A DNA stretch of 64,000 bases from Euprymna scolopes. Taxonomy: Eukaryota. Both the position numbers and the translations under genes were made by a program. A model generated the notes under the pieces. It did no database searches. It had not been told where the DNA came from and was given only the letters and a program-made list of their open reading frames with translations. The stretch lies in the NCBI GenBank assembly GCA_053919585.1, contig CM132793.1; one strand, given 5' to 3'. Below are positions 49,513 to 61,214 of the stretch, one piece after another; position 1 is the first letter of the stretch, and every line of letters starts with the position of its first letter.

Positions 49513-50926
49513 ACTGCGTTGGTTTCATGCTGTATGTGTTTATATATTACTAAGTAGGTCAACATCTGTGACTATTGCGTCATGTCTATTTATAGATGTG
49601 ATAATATTTTATTTATACCTAATGTCTGGTTTCTAGTAATGGCACTATTACTTTTACATTGATCGATCTAATGTATGGAGTGCAACGACTACACGACACT
49701 ACCAGTTGAAAAGAAAATACAATACCAGACTGGTAGTGTTGTGTAGTCGTTGCACTCCATACATTAGATCGAACAATGTAAAAGTAAAAGTGCATTTACT
49801 AGAAACATTAGATCGATCCATGTAAAAGTAATAGTGCCACATTAGGGGATTTAATTCCAGTGTTCCCCATTCTTGTAGGTCGTCCATTGCTGTTCTGGTT
49901 GTGAAGAGGAACATTCGGTTTATCATTGCCTGTTTTTCGTTTGCTACGTGATGCATGGAGTTCGTTTTAGTATTCGCTCACTCTGGTGCTTGACATTTAC
50001 GTAGGTGTCAGTGCCCTCAAGGATACACTTTGCCTCCTCTACGTTCTGTGGCGTAAACCACAGCTCCTCCATAAATATCAAGCTCTTGTCGACGCAGCTT
50101 CCGAAGGTGAAGTTGTCGCTTGCCTGACAGCGCATGCGACCTGCGTTCATTAAACCGTTTCTTATGCTTCGTAGTATATATGATTTCCCCGAGTTAGACG
50201 GCCCCGTGATGTGTAGCGCGTTTTTTTTTTTTTCTGACGTATTTTGTGACATACCTCGAACGTACTAGTAGCGAACTCGTCGGCATCAATGTGGTGATAA
50301 GTCAGCCATTCGTCGTATATGTCCAGGGATTTCTGGATGGGCCAGTATTGATGCGTCATGGCTGAGAATAGCTCGTGTTTTTCACATATCTGTTCATGGA
50401 TTGGTGTCACGTTTAATGGTGGGGTGTGTGGCGTAGTTCATATTTTTAAAAAAATCTCTTATAAGGTTTAGAATAAAATAGAATACGTGAGAATTGGGCT
50501 GATAGCTGGCCGTATTGGTGCCTACATTACTTCCTCCTTACCTTATATGATTGAATCCTTTTTGATTGCGTGTGTGCCTAAAACTTTGATTCATCCCAGG
50601 TCAGGTGTCATGGCCGCCGAAAAAGTTTCTTTCCTCTCAGGTCAGGTCTTCTTCTGAAAATAACTATTACATGCTTGTACCATGCTTATACATGCAAATA
50701 TCATGCCATACATGCGATCGAAATTCCAATATATATAATACATACTCCAATATAATATTTAATATAGTTTATTATAGTAATGAATCGTACAATAGAAAAG
50801 ATAGTTTTTAATTTGTTAGTATACAATGTGTGTGTGTGTTAGTAGTAATAGTAGGTCGCACCAGACCTTAGAGTGTAGAAAGTTTTTGTCCGCCATCTTG
50901 CCAGACCTTAGATACTTAAATTAACA
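49463..50926. repeat. Module M3
   Basis: Shares the 28-bp deletion and diagnostic SNPs with M1. Confidence 0.92.
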
Positions 50927-51369
50927 TAAACGTTTAATGGTGGAGGGGGGGCACCCTACATAGAGATTTTTTTATTTTCTCTGACAGGTTTTGAATAAAA
51001 TAGAATACGGGAGAATTGGACTTATCTAAGTTGCCACTTAGTGCCATGCTCTAATACCTTACCTTATAGAGTTTATAGAAATATAATGCGCGCGCGTAGA
51101 AAAACTTTCATTCATCTAATGTCTGGTGGTTCTGAAAAATAATTTCATGCATCTCATGTCATGCAGAAGGAAAAATATTAAAATACAAACACATGTATGG
51201 TATTATATATATATATGTTTATTATACAATAATATTGCAATTACAATAATAATTCCAATAATAATAGTAATAATAATAATACAAAGAACAGACATTAGAT
51301 AGGAAAAAGTTTTTTGGCGGCCATGACACCTTAGACTTAGACCATAGATTAATTTCTTTTTTATCAGTC

Positions 51370-53126
51370 AGAGTCTGTCAGCAATTCCTCGCAGTACATT
51401 ACCAATGTCTGCAAGGATTTTGTTTGTTTGTGCGTTATGTGTATGCGTGTGCAGTTCTCTGTCCCGTATTAATGTGAACTCGTTGATGTTTTTTTTTTTT
51501 TTTTTTTTTTTTTTTCGTCGTTGTTCTCTTTGTCGTCGTCGCTGTCAGTTATTATGATCAAGTCTGTACTGTCTGTGTCTGGTGGCGCCGACGGCGAATT
51601 ACTATTTGTCATCATTTCCTCTAAGTCAGAGTCCGTGAATGGTACTGTGTCCTCGGAGTCGTTTGGTGGCGTCGGACAGTTTATGGGATGTCCGTGTGTC
51701 AAACATACCTGGGCTGGCTGGTCTGGATCTAGGATGCACTGCTCGTTCATTTCAGGCAGTAAGTTGCGCCGCACGTCTCGTACTCGTAGTTTCTTCGAAG
51801 GACTGTGTTTGTCCTCCTCCTTCCACGTGTATCTTGATGAAGGTTTTGGTTGTGTGGTCAATTTTCCTGCCTTCGGGATGTAACCGTCTCGCTGGTAGTC
51901 CGTGATGTGTTTCCGCCATATTGTCAGCCACATCAGCGGGTTGAGTTCTAACGTTCCCCATCCCTTTAGGTCGTCCATCGCTGTTCGGGTTGTAAACAGG
52001 AACATCCTGTTGATCATGGCCTGTTTTTCGTTGGCCACGTGACGCCATGGTTCGTCGTTGCTGGTGGACAAGCAGGGCGTGCGTTTTAGGATTCGCTCGC
52101 TCTGGTGCTTCACGTTCACGTAGGTGTCCGTTCCTTCTAGGATGCACTTGGCTTCCTCGACGTTCTGTGGCATGAACCACATTTCTTCCGTAAATATGAG
52201 GCTCTTGTCTACGCAGCTGCCGAAAGTGAAGTTGTCACTCGCCTGGCATCTCATTCTTCCCGCGTTCATCAGACCGTTTCTGATGCTGCGAAGGATGTAT
52301 GATTTTCCCGAATTTGATGGTCCGGTGATGTGTAGAGCATTTTTCTTGGGCCTTATTTTGTGGCAAACCTCGAACGTCCCCGTTGCGAACTCGTCGGCGT
52401 CGATCTGGTGGTACTCCAGCCATTCGTCGTAGATGTCTAGCGACTTTTGTACCGGCCAGTACTGGTGTGTCATAGCCGAGAATAGCTCGTGTTTCTCACG
52501 AATCTGTTCGTGGATCGGCGTGACCCGGCTCTGTATTTGGACGTCCGTAGCTGCAGCGGCTATGATGTTCGATAGGTTTTCCGTGTTTTTATGTATGCTC
52601 GCCCAGGTCTGTCTCGTCGACGGTTTTGCCGCTCTAGCGCAGTAAATCATCAGGTCTCCGACGTCCGTGGAATTCGCCTTCTTCATGATTTTTGTGAGAA
52701 AGTCGTATTTTTGACCTCTCAGGCTGTCTGATTTGTTGGCTAGGCGCGATTCCTCGAGTTCCGGACTTGGCTCCCTGATGGTCTTCTCCGTTAGTTTCCG
52801 TAGCATAGCCAGTTGTCGTTCTGTCGTCAGGTTACCCGCCGATAGCACCGTTCTGATGCTCGGATCCGTCGTCAAGTACGTGCAAAGCCCGTAAGGACTG
52901 TATACCTTTGGACACGTCATGGTATACGCCTGTTCCCCTCGGTCCTGCAGCGTCCTCTTCAAGCGACTGAATCCATACTCGCTGGTCGGATGCTCGAAAT
53001 GCCAACTGATGACGTGGAAATGGTCCACGTCTGAGCAGTTTTTCAGTCGGCTCGGTCCTGCTTTGTGGTAGACTACAATGTTCGGCCTTTGGTCGAGCAG
53101 GTTCGCCAGCAGTGAGTTTTCGCGGT
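51370..53126 (-). pseudogene. NS1: NS1-A copy, 5' truncated (duplicate of 37390-39140)
   Basis: Same breakpoint and same T>M variant (WFMPQ). Confidence 0.92.
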
Positions 53127-53210
53127 AGTTACATCAGTGTCAGTGCGGTTTAGAAAATATTTACAAAAGTCTATGTGATCATTGATAAGTGTCATTGATA
53201 GAATACTTTA

Positions 53211-55193
53211 TCAATCGGAGTCACTGAGCACTTCTTCACATTCTAAAAATAGCTGTGACGTCGGCCCTCGTCCGTTGATTTGTCGTTGGTATATTGCTAA
53301 TGTGTAGTTTATTATGTTTTTTTTTTTGTTTTTTTTTGGTGTGACGAAGTCGTCCTCCTCCGGTTCTTCTGTTTCTGAGTCGCTGAGCACTATTACTCCG
53401 GAGATTGGCGAGTCCTCTATTACTGTGTCTTGAGACATGGTGGGTGCTGAGGGGCTGGGTTGGTTTGTTGCTGTAGGACATCTGTGTGCCTTGCAACCGT
53501 GGGTTTTACAGTACTGCGTCGGCTGGTTTTCGTCAATTTCACATGCCTCAGTCATCCAGTCCTCGACGTCGGAATCGTCTGAGATACGCAGGTTTTGTAC
53601 CTCCTCTCCTCCCATGAGTTCTTTGAACAGTTGTCTTCGTGCCTTCATGTAACCCGCCTGTTTGTCTGGTGACAGGCCCTCTACTGCTTGGACAGTGAAG
53701 TTGGTCGATGCTGCTGGTTCCTCGATGTCTTCTTCCTCCTGGAATTGGTACGTCTGGTTCGTGTAGTCCATCACGTACTGTCTCCAGACGGTCAGCCACA
53801 TTGTCGGATTGAGTTCTCGGACTCCCCATCCCTTTAGGGCAGGCATGGGCCTCTTCGTCTCGTAGAGGAACATTCGGTTGTGCATTGCTGTTCTTTCCTG
53901 CGGGACGTGTCTCCAGGGGTCGTCGTTACTTGTAGACAGGCATGGTGTCCTCTCTAAGTATCGTTCCGCCTGGTGCTTCACGTTTACCGCTGTTGTGGTA
54001 CCTTCCAGGATGCACTTTCCCTCCTCTACATTTTGTGGTGTGAACCACATTTCGTCCGTGTAGATCAGTGTCTTGTCCACACAGGAGCCGAACGTGAAGT
54101 TGTCCGAAGCCTGACACCGCATTCGACCGCAGTTCATGAGCCCGTTTCTGATTGACCGTAACACGTAAGACTTGCCTGAGTTACTTGGTCCTGTTATGTG
54201 GAACCCGTTCTTTTTGGCCCATATCATGTGACATACTTCGAATAAGTTTCTTCCGAATTCTACCGGGTCAAAGTTGTGGTGTTGGGCCCAAACGTTGTAT
54301 ATGTCCAATGACTTTTGCACAGACCAATACCGGTTCCCGTCCATGCTGAAGAGGTCCTTCTTTTGCCGGATCTGTTCGAATATGGGTGTGACCTTTGTTT
54401 GGATTTGTAGGTCGCTTGCCGCTGCCTGCATGATCGGTTGAATGTTTTGGGTATTGGTAAATATGTGTTCCCATGTGTCACAGACCTTTGCATTTGTGGA
54501 TTGTTTACAGTAGAGCATGACTTTTGCCATGTCAGTACTGTTACATTTTCTCATTATATCGAGAATGAATTTATATTTTTGCCCTCTCAGGGTAGATTTT
54601 CCAGTGAGTCCTGTGTCTACCGCGGGTTCGTCCTGTTTCTTTAAGGGCTTGTCGCATATTTTTCTGTAGGTCGCTAGTTGACCGGGAGTTTCTAGGTGCC
54701 CTGCTGCTACTACTGTACGTTTTGACGGGTCCTGTGTTAGGTAACTGCAGAGCCCGTACGGGTTGTAAATTTTCTGGCATGAGATTTGGTAGGGGTTTAT
54801 CTGTCACTCGCCCTGGAGTTTTTTCATTTGCACGTAACTGTGCTCGCATGTCGGGTGGTTGTGGTGCCATGTTATCATGTGGAAGTGGTCCACGTCTGCG
54901 CAATGTTTCAAACTGCTTGGCCCTGCTACGTGGTATACTATTATGTATGGGCGCTGGTCTAGAATTCTGGCCAAGTACCCGTGGGTAGCGTTCGATGGCT
55001 GTAACGTTAGCGCCTCTTGGTAAGGTTTGGTCTCTGTCGTCCCCGGCTTAAGGCTGAACTCCTTTTCGGTTTCCCAGCGGTAGATCCATGTGTACGGTCG
55101 GATTTGTTTGCCGTTTACAGTTTCTCCGTTGACTAAGGTATTGAAATGTTGTTGTTCTTCTCTTTGGTTGCTGGCGCTGGTCGTGGCTTCCAT
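53211..55193 (-). pseudogene. NS1: NS1-B duplicate with the same frameshift
   Basis: Offset 13985 from the first copy. Confidence 0.9.
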
Positions 55194-55425
55194 CCTGAAT
55201 GTCTGGAGCGTGTGCCTGATCGGTGGTTTATGTGCGTCTTTTATAGCAAGTATCTGCGTCGTAAGAATTAGAATCTGTTGCCGGTTTTGTAATTATCTCT
55301 GGTAGTAATTGAATTATGCTGACGTTGATGAATTTCGAAAATAGCTAATTGATTTTAGCTGACGCCTCGGAATTTAAAAAAGTATATATTTTGCTTACCG
55401 AGCGTTTAGTGTCTGTAGCTCCACC

Positions 55426-57273
55426 CTATTTGTTTACGAAACGCCCATAAGGCATGCCGAATATTTGACCGTTGTGGTCCCATATGTGTGTGCCGTGATT
55501 ATGAAGCATTCCTTTTGCTGATTGGCCGTGGAAATGTCTATTGGGCGGTACAATGGTGTGGTATTCGTAACTGAAGTCCGCCGATGTTGCTGATAGTGCT
55601 TGTTTGTGGGTGGTGACTGGGACCTTCTGCGGGTGGATAAGTGCGTCACAGACTATTTCAATTTCTAGCATGTAAGTTAATTCGAAGTTGAAATATAAAA
55701 TACCGGCGGTGCTGTTCGGGCGCAGTATAGGCGGAACATGTATTAGTACCATGTCTGGTGAGTCCTCGTTTGTGTAGAGCACCTTGTTAATCACTGTTCT
55801 GTCAGACATTGTTGTGCAACCGCTTGTTTGTATGTAAGTTGTCGCTCCGATGTCCACTTTTCCACTGTCCTTCTTCCCGGCGTCGCTCGTGTTTGTTTTT
55901 CTTCCTCTTTGGTGATCGAAGTTTAAGTCCGACACCTCTGTTTGTACTAGGTCCTCCTGCACTTCCTTACGTTGACGTTTTCGTGCACCCTGGCGGACGT
56001 TGTCCTCAGCTTTTCTCAGTATGGTACCGTAGGCCGGCGCGGTCGCTACCGATAAACCGCAGTCCCAGGCCGTTTTGACTCCCGAATTTAACAGGTTAGT
56101 GATTAGTACCGGGTTTGATATCATACCTGCCTGTATTGTGTAGTTGCCCTGCATGGTAGTGTTGGTTAGTGGTCGTCTTAGTAAACTGTGGTTTCGCCAT
56201 ACGTGTGTGAATGAGTCACCCTGTCGTAAGTTTTTTACGTTTGGCATTTCTCGCCAGTCGTGCAAGTCGATCATTTTCACCTGTGTTTTGTTTACTGAGT
56301 CCGAGAAGTTTCCAGTGTTTGTGATCGCATTGATTAGTTCGATCGGTGCCATGTAATTGTATGTGTAGGTTGGTAACTCTGCGTCTGCCCCTACCATGGG
56401 TTGGATTTCTGAGAAACCTTTGTTTGGGATTTTAGATATTCCTTCCAAGTTTCCGTAACCGATATATGAACCGTTGTCGATGTAGATGTCGAAGTAGGGT
56501 TCTGGGTTTGGTACGAAGACTTCCTCGTTGTTTTTTGTCAGCCATTCACCGCATGTTATTTTCGATATTTTAAATCCTTGGCTGACGATCCTGTACGCTG
56601 TCGCGTTTGACATTATCGCTTCCCATTTCGGCGGAGTTACCCAGGTAGTTAGGAAGTAGGGTACTATGTAGTCTTTCGATACCGGCTGTGACCATGAAAA
56701 CCGGGCTGCTCCGTGTATGCCTTCCTTTGGGTCAGTGTCGTAGATCTGGAATATAGCTGCGCAATCATTCATGTTTGTCGTTTTGACCTGGTTTTTGAAG
56801 CTCCTCTGTAAAACTACTCGTCTTACGTTGTTGTTAGTAATGGTTGGTAGCTCTCCTCCCTCCTCATTTCCTCCCCACGCTCCGCTGCCGTTGTCGTTCG
56901 CGACAGTGCTCGCCTCCGAATCGACTTCCATACCTGCTTCGCAGCTAGCAGTGTAAGTAGGATCAAGTTTAATTCGTTTAGGTGGGGGATCGAAGTAGTC
57001 GTCCAGTCCCAGGTAATGCTTTGCTCTGAGTGCCCCTCGCGATAAAGCTCCCAACAGACCTGTTCCAACAGAGTCCTTGTAGAATTGGTCATCTGCTTCT
57101 TTGGTCTTGCCTTTTCCGTAGTTGAAATCGTGTCTTTTTGCTGCCCAGTCCAAACGATTTAGGGGAGGCAGGTATTTTTTGTAATCGAGGTCAGTACCAG
57201 GCCCTAGGAACCTGTGGTACGGTACCGTCCACTCCGACCTCCTCGCTTTCTTCTGGTGTCTTACCGGTGGCAT
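55426..57273 (-). CDS. VP1: Capsid protein B duplicate, open 615 aa
   Basis: Translation the same as 41441-43288. Confidence 0.92.
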   Translation of the reverse strand: MPPVRHQKKARRSEWTVPYHRFLGPGTDLDYKKYLPPLNRLDWAAKRHDFNYGKGKTKEADDQFYKDSVGTGLLGALSRGALRAKHYLGLDDYFDPPPKRIKLDPTYTASCEAGMEVDSEASTVANDNGSGAWGGNEEGGELPTITNNNVRRVVLQRSFKNQVKTTNMNDCAAIFQIYDTDPKEGIHGAARFSWSQPVSKDYIVPYFLTTWVTPPKWEAIMSNATAYRIVSQGFKISKITCGEWLTKNNEEVFVPNPEPYFDIYIDNGSYIGYGNLEGISKIPNKGFSEIQPMVGADAELPTYTYNYMAPIELINAITNTGNFSDSVNKTQVKMIDLHDWREMPNVKNLRQGDSFTHVWRNHSLLRRPLTNTTMQGNYTIQAGMISNPVLITNLLNSGVKTAWDCGLSVATAPAYGTILRKAEDNVRQGARKRQRKEVQEDLVQTEVSDLNFDHQRGRKTNTSDAGKKDSGKVDIGATTYIQTSGCTTMSDRTVINKVLYTNEDSPDMVLIHVPPILRPNSTAGILYFNFELTYMLEIEIVCDALIHPQKVPVTTHKQALSATSADFSYEYHTIVPPNRHFHGQSAKGMLHNHGTHIWDHNGQIFGMPYGRFVNK

Positions 57274-57555
57274 TGTGGTTATATATGTTGTAATTGCGTC
57301 ATTTCTATTTATAGATTACGATTATTGCGTCATTATGACGTCATCATTAGTGAAAATATTATATTAGTCGCAGCAATGAAGTAGTGGCACTACCCAAATT
57401 ATTTAGCAGTCACAGGTCTGACGTGCAAACCTCTCGTAATTTCATCAGTCACTGATGAATACGATACAATAATCCGTGACTGATGAAATTACGAGAGGTT
57501 TGCACGTCAGACCTGTGACTGCTAAATAATTTGGGTAGTGCCACTACTTCATTGC

Positions 57556-59068
57556 TGCCCGGTCTGAGGAAGTCGTACCCTGGTACAGTGAATTCTAACT
57601 TGGTCCGACGTCGCTTTCGCGGTGGAGGCATACTGCGTTGGTTTCATGCTGTATGTGTTTATATATTACTAAGTAGGTCAACATCTGTGACTATTGCGTC
57701 ATGTCTATTTATAGATGTGATAATATTTTATTTATACCTAATATCTGGTTTCTAGTAATGGCACTATTACTTTTACATTGATCGATCTAATGTATGGAGT
57801 GCAACGACTACACGACACTACCAGTGAAAAAGAAAATACAATACCAGACTGGTAGTGTTGTGTAGTCGTTGCACTCCATACATTAGATCGAACAATGTAA
57901 AAGTAAAAGTGCCATTACTAGAAACATTAGATCGATCCATGTAAAAGTAATAGTGCCACATTAGGGGATTTAATTCCAGTGTTCCCCATTCTTGTAGGTC
58001 GTCCATTGCTGTTCTGGTTGTGAAGAGGAACATTCGGTTTATCATTGCCTGTTTTTCGTTTGCTACGTGATGCCACGGCTCATCGTTGCTCGTGGACAGG
58101 CATGGAGTTCGTTTTAGTATTCGCTCACTCTGGTGCTTGACATTTACGTAGGTGTCAGTGCCCTCAAGGATACACTTTGCCTCCTCTACGTTCTGTGGCG
58201 TAAACCACAGCTCCTCCATAAATATCAAGCTCTTGTCGACGCAGCTTCCGAAGGTGAAGTTGTCGCTTGCCTGACAGCGCATGCGACCTGCGTTCATTAA
58301 ACCGTTTCTTATGCTTCGTAGTATATATGATTTCCCCGAGTTAGACGGCCCCGTGATGTGTAGCGCGTTTTTTTTTTTCTGACGTATTTTGTGACATACC
58401 TCGAACGTACTAGTAGCGAACTCGTCGGCATCAATGTGGTGATAAGTCAGCCATTCGTCGTATATGTCCAGGGATTTCTGGACGGGCCAGTATTGATGCG
58501 TCATGGCTGAGAATAGCTCGTGTTTTTCACGTATCTGTTCATGGATTGGTGTCACGTTTAATGGTGGGGTGTGTGGCGTAGTTCATATTTTTAAAAAAAT
58601 CTCTTATAAGGTTTAGAATAAAATAGAATACGTGAGAATTGGGCTGATAGCTGGCCGTATTGGTGCCTACATTACTTCCTCCTTACCTTATATGATTGAA
58701 TCCTTTTTGATTGCGTGTGTGCCTAAAACTTTGATTCATCCCAGGTCAGGTGTCATGGCCGCCGAAAAAGTTTCTTTCCTCTCAGGTCAGGTCTTCTTCT
58801 GAAAATAACTATTACATGCTTGTACCATGCTTATACATGCAAATATCATGCCATACATGCGATCGAAATTCCAATATATATAATACATACTCCAATATAA
58901 TATTTAATATAGTTTATTATAGTAATGAATCGTACAATAGAAAAGATAGTTTTTAATTCGTTAGTATACAATGTGTGTGTGTTAGTAGTAATAGTAGGTC
59001 GCACCAGACCTTAGAGTGTAGAAAGTTTTTGTCCGCCATCTTGCCAGACCTTAGGTACTTAAATTAAC
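57556..59068. repeat. Module M4
   Basis: M2-type copy; terminal module B here runs on into the NS1-C 3' region. Confidence 0.92.
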
Positions 59069-59197
59069 AACCAAGGAATTATTATTTCCGAATGACTATC
59101 TGACAGTACTTCGTCTGTGTATAGTGTATGTAGTATGTGTAAGTTTCCGTCTAGTTCTCTTTGTCTGATGTGCCAGAATTCATTAAGTCAATAGTCT

Positions 59198-61044
59198 TTA
59201 GCAGTGTTTTTTTTTTTTTTTTTTTGGTTGTGGTGATAACCTTTCGGCTATGTACAGTATTTGTTTGTCGCTGTCGTGGTCGTCTTCCTCGTCGCTTGAT
59301 AATTGTATGATGTCGGGTAATTCTGTATTTGTCGGGGAATTTCGTGGTGTCATCATGTCGGAGATTTCGTTGTCGTTTTGAAAGTTTAATGCGCAGTGGA
59401 CCATTTTTTTTCCATGCGTCTTGCAGTATTGCGTCGGGAATCTTTCGTCGAGTTCACAGTACCCGTACAGTGCGTCAAATTCTTCTGATAGGTTTCTTTT
59501 CACGCTGTTTGTTTTTCTTTTTTTTTTTTTTTGGCGATTCCTGGTCGTTATTGCTCGCGTTGTATCGTTTGGATGTTCTAGGTTGTTGTATATTGTCCAT
59601 TTCTATAATGGTGTATTTATTGTTTGTGTATTTGTTGATCTGTTCCCGCCAAATGGTAAGCCACATTAGTGGGTTTAGTTCGATAACCCCCCATGTTTTT
59701 AGCATGTCCATTTTACGTTTTGTCGTGTATGTGAATAATCTGTTCTGCATAGTCTTTTTTTCGGACGCGACGTGTCTCCACGGGTCGTCATTCGAGGTGC
59801 TTATGCACGGAGTCCTTTTTAGTATGCGTTCTTGTTGGTGTTTCACATTTACGTATGTGTCTGCACCTTCAAGAATGCATTTGGCCTCCTCTATGTTCTG
59901 CGGCGTAAACCACATTTCCTCTGTGAAAATGAGGCTTTTGTCGACACAGCTTCCGAATGTAAAATTATCGGAAGCCTGGCATCTCATTCTACCGCAGTTC
60001 ATGAGACCGTTTTTTATACTTCTGAGCATGTAAGATTTACTCGAGTTACTGGGTCCTGTGATATGGAACCCGTTGATTTTTGCTCGGATCTTATGGCATA
60101 CCTCGAATAGTTCTGTAGCAAATTTCTCTGGGTCGAAGGAATGATGGTTACACCATTCTTCATAAATGTCTAGCGATTTTTGAATTGACCAATATCGTGT
60201 TGTGTCATCCTGAAATAGATTTTTTTTTTGTCGTATCTGTTCCCATATAGGTGTGATTCTCGTGTGTATTTGAATGTCCGATGCTGCTGCGTGTATAATG
60301 TTTTGGAGATTCGGTGTGTTCTTATGTATATTTCTCCATGTATTTTTGTGGTGCTCTGGTGCTTGATTCTGACAGTATAGCATAATGTCTCCTATATCTG
60401 TCGAATTACACTTCTTCATCATTTTTAGGATGAAGTCGTATTTTTTGCCTCTGAGTGTGTCTCCTTTGGTGTTTAGGTCGGTGTCTTCGTCACTGATGTT
60501 CAGCAATGGTCTTTGTAGTAAGTCGCTCCAGGAAGCTTTTCTGTCTCTCCGTTGACAGGTTCCCTGCGCTTATCACCTGCCGTTTTTCTGGTTCTGCCTC
60601 AAAGTACTGGCATAGTCCGTGAGGAGAATACACTTTTGAGCATGTCATGTTGTAGGGTCTTAATGGTCTTTCGTTCAGCGCTTTTTTCAGTGCTCCGAAG
60701 CCGTACTCACATGTCGGATGGTCGTGATGCCAGCTGATCATGTGGAAGTGGTCCACGTCACTGCAATTTTTCATTTTTGATGGGCTTGCCTTGTGGTATA
60801 TACATATGTACGGTCTTTGTTCCCCAACGCTTTTAAGATATTTATGTGTATTTTTCTTTAAGTTCATGGTTAGTGTGTGTGGTAATGTGTGTAGTTCTTT
60901 TTCGTTCGACGTTATTTTGAATTCGTTTTCCGTCTCCCACCTGTAGATCCAAGTGTATGGTGTTTGTTTTTTTCCGTCCTTTGTATCCGCGAGAATGTAT
61001 TCATTCCAGTTTAATTTTTCCTCAAGTTTTGTTTGTCCGGCCAT
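59198..61044 (-). pseudogene. NS1: NS1 lineage C, full length with two frameshifts
   Basis: DHFHMISW; Walker A altered to GPSNSSKS; three ORF pieces. Confidence 0.9.
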
Positions 61045-61214
61045 AGCGTTCTTGTGGCTGTCTGTTCGTAGTCTGGTGTGCCGTTCCCGTTGTCGTGTAT
61101 TATATAATGTTTGGTGACGTCATCATATTACGCTTAATCTGCAATTTTTTAAGTCACGTGATTTTAACAAGTTCCAACGTGTTCAAGAATGTGCTGACGC
61201 TATTGTAATTTGAT

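Larger units (their letters stand above)
45084..49806 (-). mobile_element. Complete endogenous parvovirus-like genome A (~4.7 kb)
   Basis: Hairpin H1, VP, NS1 and terminal module A ending at the palindrome axis. Confidence 0.85.

Noticed and set aside
35455-59068. CRISPR array
   Set aside because: No 25-45 bp repeats with unique spacers and no cas genes; the repeat-spacer likeness is only an analogy at kilobase scale
59329-60033. Plus-strand ORFs such as this 234-aa one and 37427-37897
   Set aside because: Antisense shadows of NS1, VP or transposase ORFs with no recognisable motifs
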